Assembly: GCA_040954595.2 (NCBI GenBank)
Contig: CM082582.2
Location: 1-64,000, forward strand
Reading direction: 5' to 3'
DNA: 64,000 bases
Source: Balanoglossus misakiensis
Lineage: Eukaryota > Animalia > Hemichordata
Shown here: piece after piece, positions 26,901-39,429 of the stretch
Layout: every line of letters begins with the position of its first letter
Numbering within the stretch: position 1 is the stretch's first letter
Position numbers and translations under genes: made by a program
The notes under the pieces: generated by a model
What the model was told of the DNA's origin: nothing
What the model saw: the letters and a program-made list of their open reading frames with translations, nothing else
Databases searched by the model: none

Positions 26901-29900
26901 ACCCTAGACCATTAAACTCTAACCCTTGAATGCCAACTGTTGACCCATCAACTATAATCCTTGACCTTGACCCCTTGAACTCTAACCCTTGACCTTTGAC
27001 CCTTGAACTCAAACCTTGGCTCGTGAACTCTAACCCTTGACCGTTGAACTCAAATCCTTGACCCTTGACCCCTCGACCATTGAACTATAACCCTTGATCC
27101 TTGTGCTCATACCCTTGACCCCCTTGACCCTCGATCTCCAACTCTTGAACTCATACCCTTGACCTTTGACCCTTGAACTCAAATCATTGGCTCGTGAACT
27201 CTAACCCTTGACCGTTGAACTCAAATCCTTGACCCTTGACCCTTTGATCATTGAACTCTAACCCTTGATCCTTGTGCTCATACCCTTGACCCTTGACCCC
27301 CTTGACCCTTGATCTCCAACTCTTGAACTCATACCCCTGACCTTTGTTGCTTGAACTCTAACCCTTGGCTCGTGAACTCTAACCCTTGACCTTTGACCAT
27401 TGAAATCTAACCCTTGAACCCAAAACCCTAACCCTTGACCATTAAACTCTAACCCTTGAACGCCAACTGTTGACCCATCAACTACAATCATTGACCTTTG
27501 ACCCTTGACCCTCGATCTCCAACTCTTAAACTCTAACCCTTGACCTCTAATCCTTGATCCTATACCGCTTGAACCTTGGACTCTAACCATTAAACCTCTA
27601 ACCCATGAACTCCAACCCTCGACCCTTGAACTCTAACCCTTGACCTTTGAACTCTAACATTTGACCCTTGAACTCTTACCCTTGATTATTGATCTCTAAC
27701 TCTTGAACCCTAGACCATTAAACTCTAACCCTTGAACGCCAACTGTTGACCCATCAACTGTAATCCTTGACCTTTGACCCTTGACCCCTTGATCTCCAAC
27801 TCTTGAACTCTAACCCTTGACCTTTGACCCTTGAACTCAAATCCTTGGCTGGTGAACTCTAACCCTTGACCGTTGAACTCAAATCCTTGACCCTTGACCC
27901 CTTGACCATTGAACTCTAACCCTTGATCCTTGTGCTCATAGCCTTGACCCTTGACCCCCTTGACCCTCGATCTAAAACTCTTGATCTCTAACCCTTGACC
28001 CTTGACCCCTTGACCATTGAACTCTAACCCTTGATCCTTGACCCCTTGAACTCTAACCATTGAACCTTTGACCCATGAACTCTAACCCTTGACCCTTGAG
28101 CTCTTACCCTTGACCCCTTGACCCTCGATCTCCAACTCTTGAACTCTAACTCTTGACCCCTTGAAAATTGGATCCTGGCCATTGAACCTTTGACCCATGA
28201 ACTCCAACCCTTGACCCTTGAGCTCTTACCCTTGAACCTTTTACACTCAATCTCCAACTCTATAACTCTAACCTTGACCTTTGACCCTTGAACTCTTACC
28301 CTTGACTATTGATCTCTAACCCTTGATCTTTGACCCTTGAACTCTAATCCTTGAACTCTCTCTTCTCCTCCCCCTCACTCTCCATCCCATTCTCTCTCTC
28401 CATCACTCTCTAATAATAAATGTTAAACCCTAAACTTGACAACTGAGCCTTAATGCTTGACCCTTAAACCCTTGACCCTAGAACCCTTGACCATTAAACT
28501 CTAACCCTTGAACGCCAACTGTTGACCCATCAACTATAATCCTTGATCTTTGACCCTTGACCTTTGACCCTTGAACTCTAATCCTTCACTCTTGAACTCT
28601 AACATTTGACCCTTGAGTCATGATCTCTCACCCTTGACCTTTGACCCTTGAACCCAAAACTCTTGACCCTTGAACCTTACCACTGACCCTGCTTCACCCT
28701 TAAACCCTTGACCATTAAACTCTAACCCTTGAACGCCAACTGTTGACCCATCAACTATAATCCTTGACCTTTGACCCTTGACCCCTTGACCCTTGATCTC
28801 CAACACTTAAATTCAAACCCTTGACGTTTGACCCCTTGACCACTTGAACCTTGGACTCTAACCATTGAACCTTTGACCCATGAACTCCAACCCTTGACCC
28901 ATGAGCTCTTACCCTTGACCCTAAACTCTTACCCTTGACCCTTGAACTCTTACCCTTGACATTTGATCTCTAACCCTTGACCTTTGACCCTTGAAAAAAA
29001 ACTCTTGACCCTTAAACCCTAAACTTGACAACTGACCCTTAATGCTTGACCCTTTAACCGTTGACCCTTAAACTCTAACCCTTGAACGTCAACTGTTGAC
29101 CCATCAACTATAATTCTTGACCTTTGACCCTTGATCTCCAACTCGTGAACTCTGACCCTTGAACTCAAATCCTTGGCTCGTGAACTCTAACCCTTGACCT
29201 TTGACCCTTGAACTCAAATTCTTGACCCAGGACCCCTTGACCATTGAACTCTAACCCTTGAACTTTGACCCTTGAACTCTAATCCTTGACCCCTTGAACC
29301 TTGGACTCAAACCATTGAACCTCTGACCCATGAACTCCAACCCTTGACCCTTGAGCTCTTACCCTTGACCCCTTGACCCTCGATCTCCAACTCTTCAACT
29401 CTAACCCTTGACCCTTGAACTCTAACATTTGACCCTTGAACTCTTACCCTTGACTCTTGATCTCTAACCCTTGATCTTTGACCCTTGAACTCTAACCCTT
29501 GAACACTAACATTTGACCCTTGAACTCTTACCCTTGACATTTGATCTCTAACCCTCGACCTTTGACCCTTGAAATCTAACCCTTGACCCTTGAAACTAAA
29601 CTCTTGACCCTTAAACCCTAAACTTGACAACTGACCCTTAATGCTTGACCTTTAAACCCTTGACCCTAGAACCCTTGACCATTAAACTCTAACCCATGAA
29701 CGCCAACTGTTGACCCATCAACTATAATCCTTGACCTTTGCCCCTTGACCCCTTGAACTCTAACCCTTGACCTTTGACCCTTGAACTCAAATCCTTGACC
29801 CTTGACCCCTCGACCATTGAACTCTAACCCTTGATCCTTGTGCTCATACCCTTGACCCTTGACCCTCGATCTCCAACTCTTGAACTCGTACCCTTGACCT

Positions 29901-32261
29901 TTGACCCTTGAACCCAAATCATTGGCTCGTGAACTCTAACCCTTGACTGTTGAACTCAAATCCTTGACCCCTTGACCATTGAACTCTAACCCTTGATCCT
30001 TGTGCTCATACCCTTGACCCTTGACCCTCGATCTCCAACTCTTGAACTCTAACTCTTGACCCCTTGAACCTTGGACTCTGGCCATTGAACCTTTGACCCA
30101 TGAACTCCAACCCTTGACCCTTGAGCTCTTACCCTTGAACCTTTGACCCTCAATCTCCAACTCTTTAACTCTAACCCTTGACCTTTGACCCTTGAACTCT
30201 TACCCTTGACTATTGATCTCTAACCCTTGATCTTTGACCCTTGAACTCTAATCCTTTGACTCTTGAACTCTAACATTTGACCCTTGAGTCATGATCTCTC
30301 ACCCTTGACCTTTGACCCTTGAAATTTAACTCTTGAACCCAAAACTCTTGACCCTTGAACCTTACCACTGACCCTGCTTCACCCTTAAACCCTTGACCAT
30401 TAAACTCTAACCCTTGACCTTTGAACTCTAATCCTTGACCTTTGACCCCTTGACCACTTGAACCTTGGACTCTAACCATTGAACCCTTGACCCATGAACT
30501 CCAACCCTTGACCCATGTGCTCTTACCCTTGACCCTTAACTTTACCCTTGACCCTTGAACTCTTACCCTTGACATTTGATCTCTAACCCTTGACCTTTGA
30601 AAAAAACTCTTGACCCTTAAACCCTAAACTTGACAACTGACCCTTAAACTCTAACCCTTGAACGTCAACTGTTGACCCATCAACTATAATCCTTGACCTT
30701 TGACCCTTGATCTCCAACTCGTGAAGTCTGACCCTTGAACTCAAATCCTTGACCCAGGACCCCTTGACCATTGAGTTCTAACCCTTGATCCTTGACCCTT
30801 GAACCTTGGACTCTAACCCTTGACCCTCGATCTCCAAGTCTTGAACTCTAACCCTTGACCTTTGACCCTTGAACTCTAATCCTTGACCCCTTGAACCATG
30901 GACTCAAACCATTGAACCTCTGACCCATGAACTCCAACCCTTGACCCTTGAGCTCTTACCCTTGACCCCTTGACCCCCGATCTCCAACTGTTGAACTCTA
31001 ACCCTTGATCTTTGACCATTGAACTCTAACCCTTGACCCTTGAACTCTCACATTTGACCCTTGAACTCTTACCCTTGACATTTGATCTATAACCCTCGAC
31101 CTTTGAGCCTTGAAATCTAACCCTTGACCCTTGAAACTAAACTCTTGACCCTTAAACCCTAAACTTGATAACTGACCCTTAATGCTTGACCTTTAAACCC
31201 TTGACCCTAGAACCCTTGACCATTGTACTCTAACCCTTGATCCTTGACCCCTTGACCCATGAACTCCAACCCTTGACCCTTGAAACTAAACTCTTGACCC
31301 TTAAACCCTAAACTTGACAACTGACCCTTAATGCTTGACCTTTAAACCCCTGACCCTAGAACCCTTGACCATTAAACTCTAACCCTTGAACGCCAACTGT
31401 TGACCCATCAACTATAATCCTTGACCTTGACCCCTTGAACTCTAACCCTTGATCCTTGTGCTCATACCCTTGACCCTTGACCCTCGATCTCCAACTCTTG
31501 AATTCATACCCTTGACCTTTGACCCTTGAACTCAAATCATTGGCTCGTGAACTCTAACCCTTGACCGTTGAACTCAAATCCTTGACCCTTGACCCCTTGA
31601 CCATTGAACTCTTACCCTTGATCCTTGTGCTCATACCCTTGACCCCCTTGACCCTCGATCTCCAACTCTTGAACTCTAACCCTTGACCTTTGACCATTGA
31701 ACTCAAATCCTTGGCTGGTGAACTCTAACCCTTGACCGTTGAACTCAAATCCTTGACCCTTGACCCCTTGACCATTGAACTCTTACCCTTGATCCTTGTG
31801 CTCATACCCTTGACCCCCTTGACCCTCGATCTCCAACTCTTGAACTCTAACCCTTGACCTTTGACCATTGAACTCTAACCCTTGATCTTTGACCCCTTGA
31901 ACCTTGGACTCTAACCATTGAATGTAAGACCCATGAACTCTAACCCTTGACCCTTGAGCTCCTACCCTTGACCCTCGATCTCCAACTCTTGAACTCTAAC
32001 CCTTGACCCCTTGAACCTTGGACTCTAACCATTGAACCCTTGACCCATGAACTCCAACCCTTGACCCTTTGACCCTCGATCTCCAACTCTTCAACTTAAC
32101 CCTTGAACTTTGACCCTTGAACGCTAACCCTTGACCGTTGAACTCTTACCCTTGACTCTTGATCTCCAACCCTTGACCTTAGACCCTTGAACTCTAACCC
32201 TTGACCCTTGATCTCCAACCCTTGACCTTAGACCCTTGAACTCTAACCCTTGACCCTTAAA
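23953..32261 (-). repeat. Satellite A, proximal arm ((TTGACCC)n / ctctaaccctt, C-rich on +)
   Basis: About 8.3 kb of ttgaccc/ttgacct/ctaaccc heptamers. An internal near-identical duplication has offset 4750 (25.2-26.5 kb = 30.0-31.2 kb). Confidence 0.95.
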
Positions 32262-32371
32262 CTCTCTCTTCTCCTCCCCCTCTCTCCATCCCATTCTCTC
32301 TCTGCATCACTCTCTAATAATAAATGTTAAAATGTTACAGAAAACCATAGAAATTGGGGTTATAGGCTTAC

Positions 32372-32502
32372 GGTCAGTGCATGTGTCACCAGTAGAGCAG
32401 TTGAAACAATAACATGTAAACTGTGTACAGGAACCCGGTACTTGCGAGCAAATTCCACTGTTTAGGCAAGGAGAGGGTACACACTGGTTGTCTGGTTGAT
32501 TC
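32372..32502 (-). pseudogene. EGF-like exon (8-Cys), NQCVPSPCLNSGICSQVPGSCTQFTCYCFNCSTGDTCTD
   Basis: AG/GT-bounded phase-1 exon translated by hand. An 8-bp duplication at the 5' end shifts the frame unless the AG at 32492-32493 is used. Confidence 0.8.
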
Positions 32503-33015
32503 CTGTATAGACAAAAAGAAAGAATATTGAGCAGGAAAACATCACTATAGGCTCAAAGCACTGAAACACACAGACACACAAATTCACTGATAAAGGCCCA
32601 TCAACATAAATGGGATGTGAACATCCACACCATTGCCGGTTTCCTGTATGGGTTGTTGAGAAAGTTGAGAACTTCTGAACATTATTTTGAAAAAGCAGGA
32701 GTTAAAATCTACAGAAAATCACTAGAACAGTGCAGTCAAGGTATCGTCAAAATTACAGAATCTACAAACTACACTCAGCAGTCGTGTACATGTATACCTG
32801 ACAACAACCAAAGGGCTGTTTTGAAAAACCAAATGCTGTGAAATCCTTTAGAGTGCGACAAGAAACCACAGTTGCAACCGAAAACGAAAATAGTGATAAC
32901 ATTAAGCTAGCCCAAAGTTTGAGTTACCAGGGCTTTAATATGTGTACCATATTTATATTATATAATACATAACAAGTGTTTTGCATTGAATAAAATAATA
33001 TTGGTTTATACTTAT

Positions 33016-33137
33016 GCATTGTACATGTGGCACCAGTGAAGCATTCGGCACACATACAGTCAAACTGGAAACAGCCGTCTCACGCAACGCATGTGCCACC
33101 ACATTTTGACAAGGCATAGAGTATAACTGATCAATGG
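33016..33137 (-). pseudogene. EGF-like exon with frameshift and lost donor
   Basis: Paralog of 52618-52737 with a 2-bp insertion and a GT>AT donor change. Confidence 0.8.
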
Positions 33138-33651
33138 CTGCCAAAACAAAAATGAAAGTATCAATGACCTGCTTGTCAAAAACTTGTACATGTACTTGTG
33201 ATGTTCATTTTGTTTAAATTATATAAGTGAGCAATGTCTTCATTCCTTATTTCAAACCTGTACATTTAAAATAACATAATGATGCTAGGATTTTTCTGTA
33301 AGAATCTTGAAAAATTAAAAAATATGCCATCAACATGATACAGAAGGCTTTCCTTTTTAACGTGCACCTCACACTCAATTTTGACCCTACATCAGCAAAT
33401 TTTGAAAGGATGAAACTTTGTAATGCTTCCACCCCATTTATTGGTGTACGGGTCCATCTATCACATTGAGAATACCAAAAATGAGGGTTTATATACCACG
33501 CTGTGTCATAAAACAGTTGAATTCGACACACCTACGGCACAGATGGCCCCCGTCCAACACTACTGGCAGTAACAGGTGTAGTCAGTATAAGAATTTGGTG
33601 TTTGGGAACAATAGCCTCCATTTTGACACAGATTCTGATCACATGGGTTAA

Positions 33652-34243
33652 AGCCCCAGTATTTCTCGTGTTTATCCATTTTTCATCATCGAAAAATGCC
33701 CGTTTTTCCTGTACATTCATCATGGAATACTACATAATGAAGATAGAAGAAAGGTTTGGGCAACTATAGCTACGTGAAAGCTGTAAATATTGCCCGTAAC
33801 ACTTGAAATGATGCGCGGGTTTGTTTACAACGGAAATGTTGTACATGTCGATCAGCAAACGTGCCACTTTGACATTTGATGGTCAGACCATTTTCGGATT
33901 TGATCTGGTTCCAACGACTGATTTCTCCCATAAAGTTATCTTCCCAAAATTTCGCCGAATTAGTGCGCATTTCTTCTCTGAGTCGCTTGATTTGGGGCGA
34001 CCAAACCTCTTCCGCATAGATTCACATTTGAGTGCGCATGCGCACTAGTCACGTGTGTCAACAGAGCCTGACTTTCTGTCCGGACAGAAAGTCATTCTTC
34101 ACCCGTTATATTGTAAATTGTATGAGTTTATGAGCAGAGCTGGGGATGATGACTGTTCGATTTAGTATCAATTATCATCTACTTTTATAAATTATAGATG
34201 CCGTTTCAAACAAAATTTTGCCCCTACGAGAAATACTGAGGCT
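33652..34243. mobile_element. Non-autonomous DNA transposon, TTAA TSD, AG...CT ends (Kolobok-like MITE, 592 bp)
   Basis: TIRs agccccagtatttctcgt / acgagaaatactgaggct, with TTAA on both sides. The duplicate at ~53247 has an empty single TTAA. Confidence 0.88.
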
Positions 34244-34381
34244 TTAATGACTATCAGAAAAAAATGGTTTAAAAAACATGAAATGCAGATGGCTATACCT
34301 CAACTAAAGATGATTCCTGCACCACAACAAAATCCTTTGACACAAGCATTATACTGGAACCATACCCAGAACACGCATTAA

Positions 34382-35367
34382 GGTAGTTGGAAAGGCTATT
34401 TTTGAAGCAAATTCTCTCAATGTTTGTGAATTTATTTTCACAAGTTAGAATAAAGATAATGACTTGAAATTTGCAGCATGTGTTCTTAACAAACTAAAAA
34501 GTGAGGGAAAAATATGACTGTAAAAATATCTGCTAAAATTATGAAATTTGATACGCCTAAATATAAATATTCATAATTTTACAAAATATTGATTGAATCT
34601 TGACATGTTTTCACAAATTATTGAATAATTTGTATTCATTTTAATATGAAGCAACCCCTCCAGCAATGTATGGGACACTTTTAGCAAAAACTTATTTTTT
34701 TCAAAGTTATCACTCAGGAAAACACAGTTTTTGTTGATATTTTGTATACAATTTTAACGTGCTGCCAAAACACAACGGGAAAACTTATGAAAAAACTGTC
34801 CCGTAAAATTGTTCTTTGGGATGTCCCGAGCCTTTCCTGAAAGTTTCATGATAAAAAAAATATCTGGCATACCTATTCAATCACAAATAAAAACCATTAC
34901 ATTATGGCGAAGGGCAGAAAAGTAGCGAAATACGCAAAGTTTAGCGGCAGTTCACAGCGAAGGATCGCATTTATCTGGGTCAAACGCTTTTCCGCTGGCT
35001 TTTCGGGTTCCCTAGAAATGTAAAAATGTCCATAATTTGGCAGCCTTTAATAAACAAGCAAGGTTATCTATCGTTGAAAATTGCAAGAATCAGTGTTTGC
35101 AAGTTACATTTAAATGCCCTTGGCTAGGGGAACCCGTTCTTGTGCGCATAGCCTAGGAGAAGTCTTCCCCTAGAGGGCGCTCAAATAAGGCTCCCTAGCT
35201 TCCTTGCCAGATGAATGAAATTAGGTATCATAAAACCAGCCATATCTTGTTACACGTTTATTGCCCCGAATTTTTTATGAGTTTAATTTTTCTCTAATAC
35301 ATTTCTAGATATAAATTCAGTGTTTTTAAATGAAATTTTAACTGACGCCCTAGCCTTTCCAACTACC
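34382..35367. mobile_element. Non-autonomous DNA transposon, TTAA TSD, GG...CC ends (Kolobok-like MITE, 986 bp)
   Basis: Perfect 17-bp TIR ggtagttggaaaggcta / tagcctttccaactacc and a TTAA TSD. Empty site at ~53382 in the duplicate. Confidence 0.9.
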
Positions 35368-35804
35368 TTAAGTATATGATGAAGGGACAATGTCTCTATT
35401 TTTGGGTAATACAGTAAAACCTCTCTTTATGGACACCTCTCTAATCAGAACACCTAGTAAGATTGATTTTTCAAGCCAAATAGTATGGATAATTAAGGAC
35501 GTCCCTTTTACTTAATAAACAGATGTGTGCACCACCTTAGGAGAAATTACCTCACATGCACAATTATCTCTACAGACACTAGTCTTCAAGAGGCAACTCA
35601 TGTATATTTGAGTGATGAAAACATCCAGCTTCGTACACTTCCTCACAAGTTCGTGCCTATCCTAAATTGCACGGACATACAAATGAAATTTCTGTTTTCT
35701 TTTCTCTTGTGGGAATTTTAGAAATGAGAAGTTACCACACAATTCAATTGCCATGAAGAGAAAGTGCCCAAAAGATTGTCATTTACGGTACGTCAGAAAC
35801 TTAC

Positions 35805-35927
35805 ATATTTCACAACGGTTACCCTCATAGCAACCAGTACAGGCACAGGTATATGCCGTGCAGGAGTTGGCCACTGCATTACATACAGCCCCGTTGAGAC
35901 AGCTGTTTCGCTGGCATGGATCTTGGA
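35805..35927 (-). CDS. EGF-like exon (8-Cys), QDPCQRNSCLNGAVCNAVANSCTAYTCACTGCYEGNRCEI
   Basis: 123-nt open phase-1/1 exon with cag acceptor and gtaag donor. Confidence 0.8.
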
Positions 35928-36256
35928 CTGCAATAAAAAGTGCAACCTAATGTTATCTCAGCAATATTTACTTTCAAAATCTGTTTGATAAAAACATCAT
36001 CATTACCATTACTGTAAATACTGAACGGAACTTCACTTCCAAAAACAACTTGCTCATTCTGGGACGCACTTGTGGGGCTATGAAAATAAACATGTTTTCT
36101 TTCAGTTGTACATCATTTTTGAGGTGAACGATTCCCAAGGCCCAAGGTGTTATGCTGAAGATGAAAATATAAAGTATGACCAACAGACAATGTATTGAGA
36201 CATGATTGTAAATGTTAGTTCCTGCATGACAAAACGTTTGTTTTAATGAGTTTTAC

Positions 36257-36373
36257 ACTGGCTGCAGTGTGTGCCGGTGAAACATCCTGGACAAGTACAC
36301 TCATAAGTTGTACACGACAGCCGAGTACACTGCCCATTGTTCAGGCATGGACTTGGCCTACATGGAGTTTGTT
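36257..36373 (-). CDS. EGF-like exon (8-Cys), QTPCRPSPCLNNGQCTRLSCTTYECTCPGCFTGTHCSQ
   Basis: 117-nt open phase-1/1 exon bounded by AG/GT. Confidence 0.78.
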
Positions 36374-36689
36374 CTGTTTCAATGGAATGAAAAAAAATAA
36401 ATAGTAGTGACATAAGTTTTTAGGGTATGACCATTTCCTTAATTCCTACAGCTGTGGTTCTATCGGGTTCTCCTATAACTAAGCCTCCTTAATGTATAAC
36501 TGAACAATAAGAATTACTTATTATACTTTTGGGAGTTTAGGACTGTGGTAATTGCAAAAAAGACTCAATTCCTGAAAGTGCCTATTTGGTTTGTCACATC
36601 CTAAATATACAGGTAATTTCATAGCTGCCAGCTATGACAAATATACCGGTATGAGGGGGGAAAAACAGTTCCTCGTCTGATAAATTTAC

Positions 36690-36812
36690 CTTGGTCACAG
36701 GTGATTCCAATGAAACAGCCTTGACAGCGACAGGTAAACGCACTGCACGATCCACTGATTGGCTCACAGATACCGTTGTTCATGCACGGATTGGGAGAAC
36801 ATTGATCGAGTC
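36690..36812 (-). CDS. EGF-like exon (8-Cys), LDQCSPNPCMNNGICEPISGSCSAFTCRCQGCFIGITCDQ
   Basis: 123-nt AG/GT-bounded exon; ORF track 36619..36858. Confidence 0.82.
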
Positions 36813-37299
36813 CTGGGGGTTGCATGTAAATCAACCAACAATTGCATATTAACATCACAAGTCATTTCACTATTTTTTCATTCCAAACTTAAAAGATTGC
36901 TTGTAACTTGCTGAACAAATATTCATATGGACAGACTATTCTAGCTTGGAACAGGCAAAATCAAGGGTGCCCTGACGCCCAACTTTTAAGAGCAGTTCAT
37001 TTACTGAAACTGCCAGCACCCAATATTATCCCACATGTAATCAATATGTGGAAATCAAATACATCTGTAACAGTTTTAATTTACCATGTGGGTATTTGCA
37101 TGGAGGGCCATGGTATTTGTTACCTACTGATAAAATACCCTTCAAAACAATATCCTCATTTCTTCAGAAGTTTGGCAACAAGACCAATAAAGTTTCACAT
37201 CAAAATTTACAATGTATAAATAAGCTTAAAAGATCTACGGAATGAAGATTGCTTGTTTGTTTGCAGGGTGTCTTGAAAGTATATACTCACTTGTTTGAC

Positions 37300-38184
37300 C
37301 ATGGACCCTAGAGAAAGAAGGACGCGCAATTCCAGTTTTTTCTTGAAATGATGTTCTTTTGCATACATTATTTCCAGATAAATCCCAATAATCCAATTTG
37401 CAAATAAACTGTGTATAAACTAACGCAAAGTCTCGTGTTTTGCGTGAAGTTATCACAACACCTCAGAACATCTCGCAGAAGACGAGAAAACTGCAACGTG
37501 GTTGAACGCAGCGATTATTTATGGAACACATCTGGACAAGTTAAACAGGAATTTGAATCTGAGTCTGACAGCGTCCAAAACAAGCATCTTTTGTCTAACA
37601 GTCCGGGTATTTCACAAGGCTGTGAGCTAACCGTACCGAGGGTTGCCTGGCGGCCATAGCGCACACATGATAATCCACCCAGTTTGTTTACAAATTGTTT
37701 TCGTGAAATCTGTTTTATTGTTCACGCACTGCGAAATAAAATGCCCCTAAACCACAATTTTTATTTCAATGCTTCACGCAAACATAAAATTATTACGAAA
37801 AGTGTCAGCGTTACTAAGAAATATGAGTGCCCAGTCGGACATGCAAAAAACATGGATGATTTGTTTACAATTTTTAAATGAAGCTTGTGGCACTAGAAAT
37901 GACCGTTCAACCGACAGACGAACACCAAACCATAATAATTATCACAGACATCGTAATACTTTTAGAATTTTAGAAAAAAACGCAGTGGCTGCTGAAATGC
38001 AGGAGTGCCAGTTTGGTGGCAAGTTTTCGCATCACTGGTGGGGTCGACACGTGCCGAAGTAAGGAAGTCATTGTCCAACTGTCCTGGGTGTTAATTATAT
38101 GCAAAAAAACATCATCATACAGATAATCCCCAAACCCTTTGATCTTTGCCGCAGTTGCTCGTCCTTCTTTCTCTAGGGTCTATG
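37300..38184. mobile_element. MITE with CAT(A/G)GA...TC(T/C)ATG TIRs and a 7-bp TSD (P-superfamily-like, 885 bp), inserted into an EGF exon
   Basis: ~30-bp TIR catggaccctagagaaagaaggacgcgcaa. TSD gtttgac at 37293-37299 and 38185-38191. Confidence 0.85.
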
Positions 38185-38299
38185 GTTTGACAGATGTCAC
38201 CTGTGTAAGAGTTCACATACTGGCATGAATAGAAATTGCACGATGTTTGCTGGCAAAATCCACCATTCATACATGGGTTGGGATCACAGGGGTTTTGCA
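38185..38299 (-). pseudogene. EGF-like exon (NPCDPNPCMNGGFCQQTSCNFYSC...) separated from its donor by the MITE
   Basis: ORF track 38115..38300. The original gtgagt donor lies beyond the MITE at ~37285-37290. Confidence 0.8.
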
Positions 38300-38853
38300 C
38301 TGGAAATTAAGAAAGGACGCCATTTTATTCCTTGCTACTCATTCTACAGTACAGATATGGCAAAAACCTTGCAGAATTATGGCAAGGGTGTGCGGAGTGA
38401 TTGTGCCTACAACTTATATTAGGCTGGTATCAAGTTGTTCACACCTCCATAGATCATGTGGCAGTGACTGTGAGGCAAGGGCTTCCCTTCATGAAATCAA
38501 AGACCTGTGTACTGGAGGAGGGTTCCTTGCAAATGCTTGACTTGACTTCAAGCACACCTGTAGACTCATATGTAAATTTACACTATCTGGCCTGGAGTGA
38601 GAATTTCCATAGTGGATGTGTGTTGACAAAAGGCAGTAAAATTGGCCAGTCGCGCATAATGTTTCTTGAACCAAGACAATCAAGACATTATGCGCCACGA
38701 AAGTGATTTTGATTGGAAAGAGTGTAATCTTGCATTCGATGTCAAGAACTCTCCAAGCTCTGCTGTGGAGATGGCTACACCTATGCTCAGGAAACATGCA
38801 GTATTTGAATGCATCAGAGACAAAAGGTAAAAGAGACTGCGCTGTATACTTAC

Positions 38854-38976
38854 ATATCTCACACCTATCACCTTTGTAGCAACCAGTACATATGCAGGTG
38901 AGATCAAAGCAGGAATTTCGAGCCGGTTGACAGAAGCCACCATTCTGGCACGGATTTGGTTGACACTGGTTGAGTC
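38854..38976 (-). CDS. EGF-like exon (8-Cys), LNQCQPNPCQNGGFCQPARNSCFDLTCICTGCYKGDRCEI
   Basis: 123-nt AG/GT-bounded exon within ORF 38489..39091. Confidence 0.82.
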
Positions 38977-39274
38977 CTGCAAGGAAAAGGGTCAAATTTT
39001 CCATGATCATCAATGTCACGTGATTATGAATGTATGTAAGTGGCTGAGTTTCCTTCAAAAATTGTGATGTGACAAACCGACAAATTAGCATATTAGCATA
39101 ATCAGAATAAATAAAAAAAATGCACAGGTAGTTTAAAAGAACAACAACTTTCGAAACGGAATAGAGCTAAGCTGCTATCCCTTTCTATTTTTGTGTTTGT
39201 ACAACATCAGTGAAGTTTAAATCATAATAAAAAATGATAATTATCATTATTAACTGCTACAGATTCTAACTTAC

Positions 39275-39388
39275 TTGTCTCACAACTGGTTCCCTAGTAA
39301 CACTCTGTGCACATGCAAATTGTGGCAGTACAAGAATTTACCTGTTGTTGGCAGGTACCTCCATTGAGACAAGGACTTCATAAGTTGT
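39275..39388 (-). pseudogene. EGF-like exon with two in-frame stops
   Basis: Reads NL*SPCLNGGTCQQQVNSCTATICMCTECY*GTSCET, AG/GT-bounded. Confidence 0.78.
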
Positions 39389-39429
39389 CTGAAAACACCA
39401 GTTTGCCCAATTTTCACTAATGTATAGGA

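Noticed and set aside
3979-30771. Many KGQGSRVRV-type, AT-rich and Pro/Thr/His-rich ORFs
   Set aside because: By-products of satellites A, B and C. They are short, lack domains, and their frames break between repeat copies.
23953-32261. Interstitial telomere / chromosome fusion site
   Set aside because: Contains ctaaccc motifs but no tandem (CCCTAA)n run; it is a 7-bp satellite.
35411-35460. tacagtaaaacctctc… Tigger-like terminal repeat
   Set aside because: Only one end is recognisable and no matching right TIR was found.
38489-39091. 200-aa ORF as a standalone gene
   Set aside because: Only the 41-codon EGF exon is coding-like; the rest is intronic read-through.
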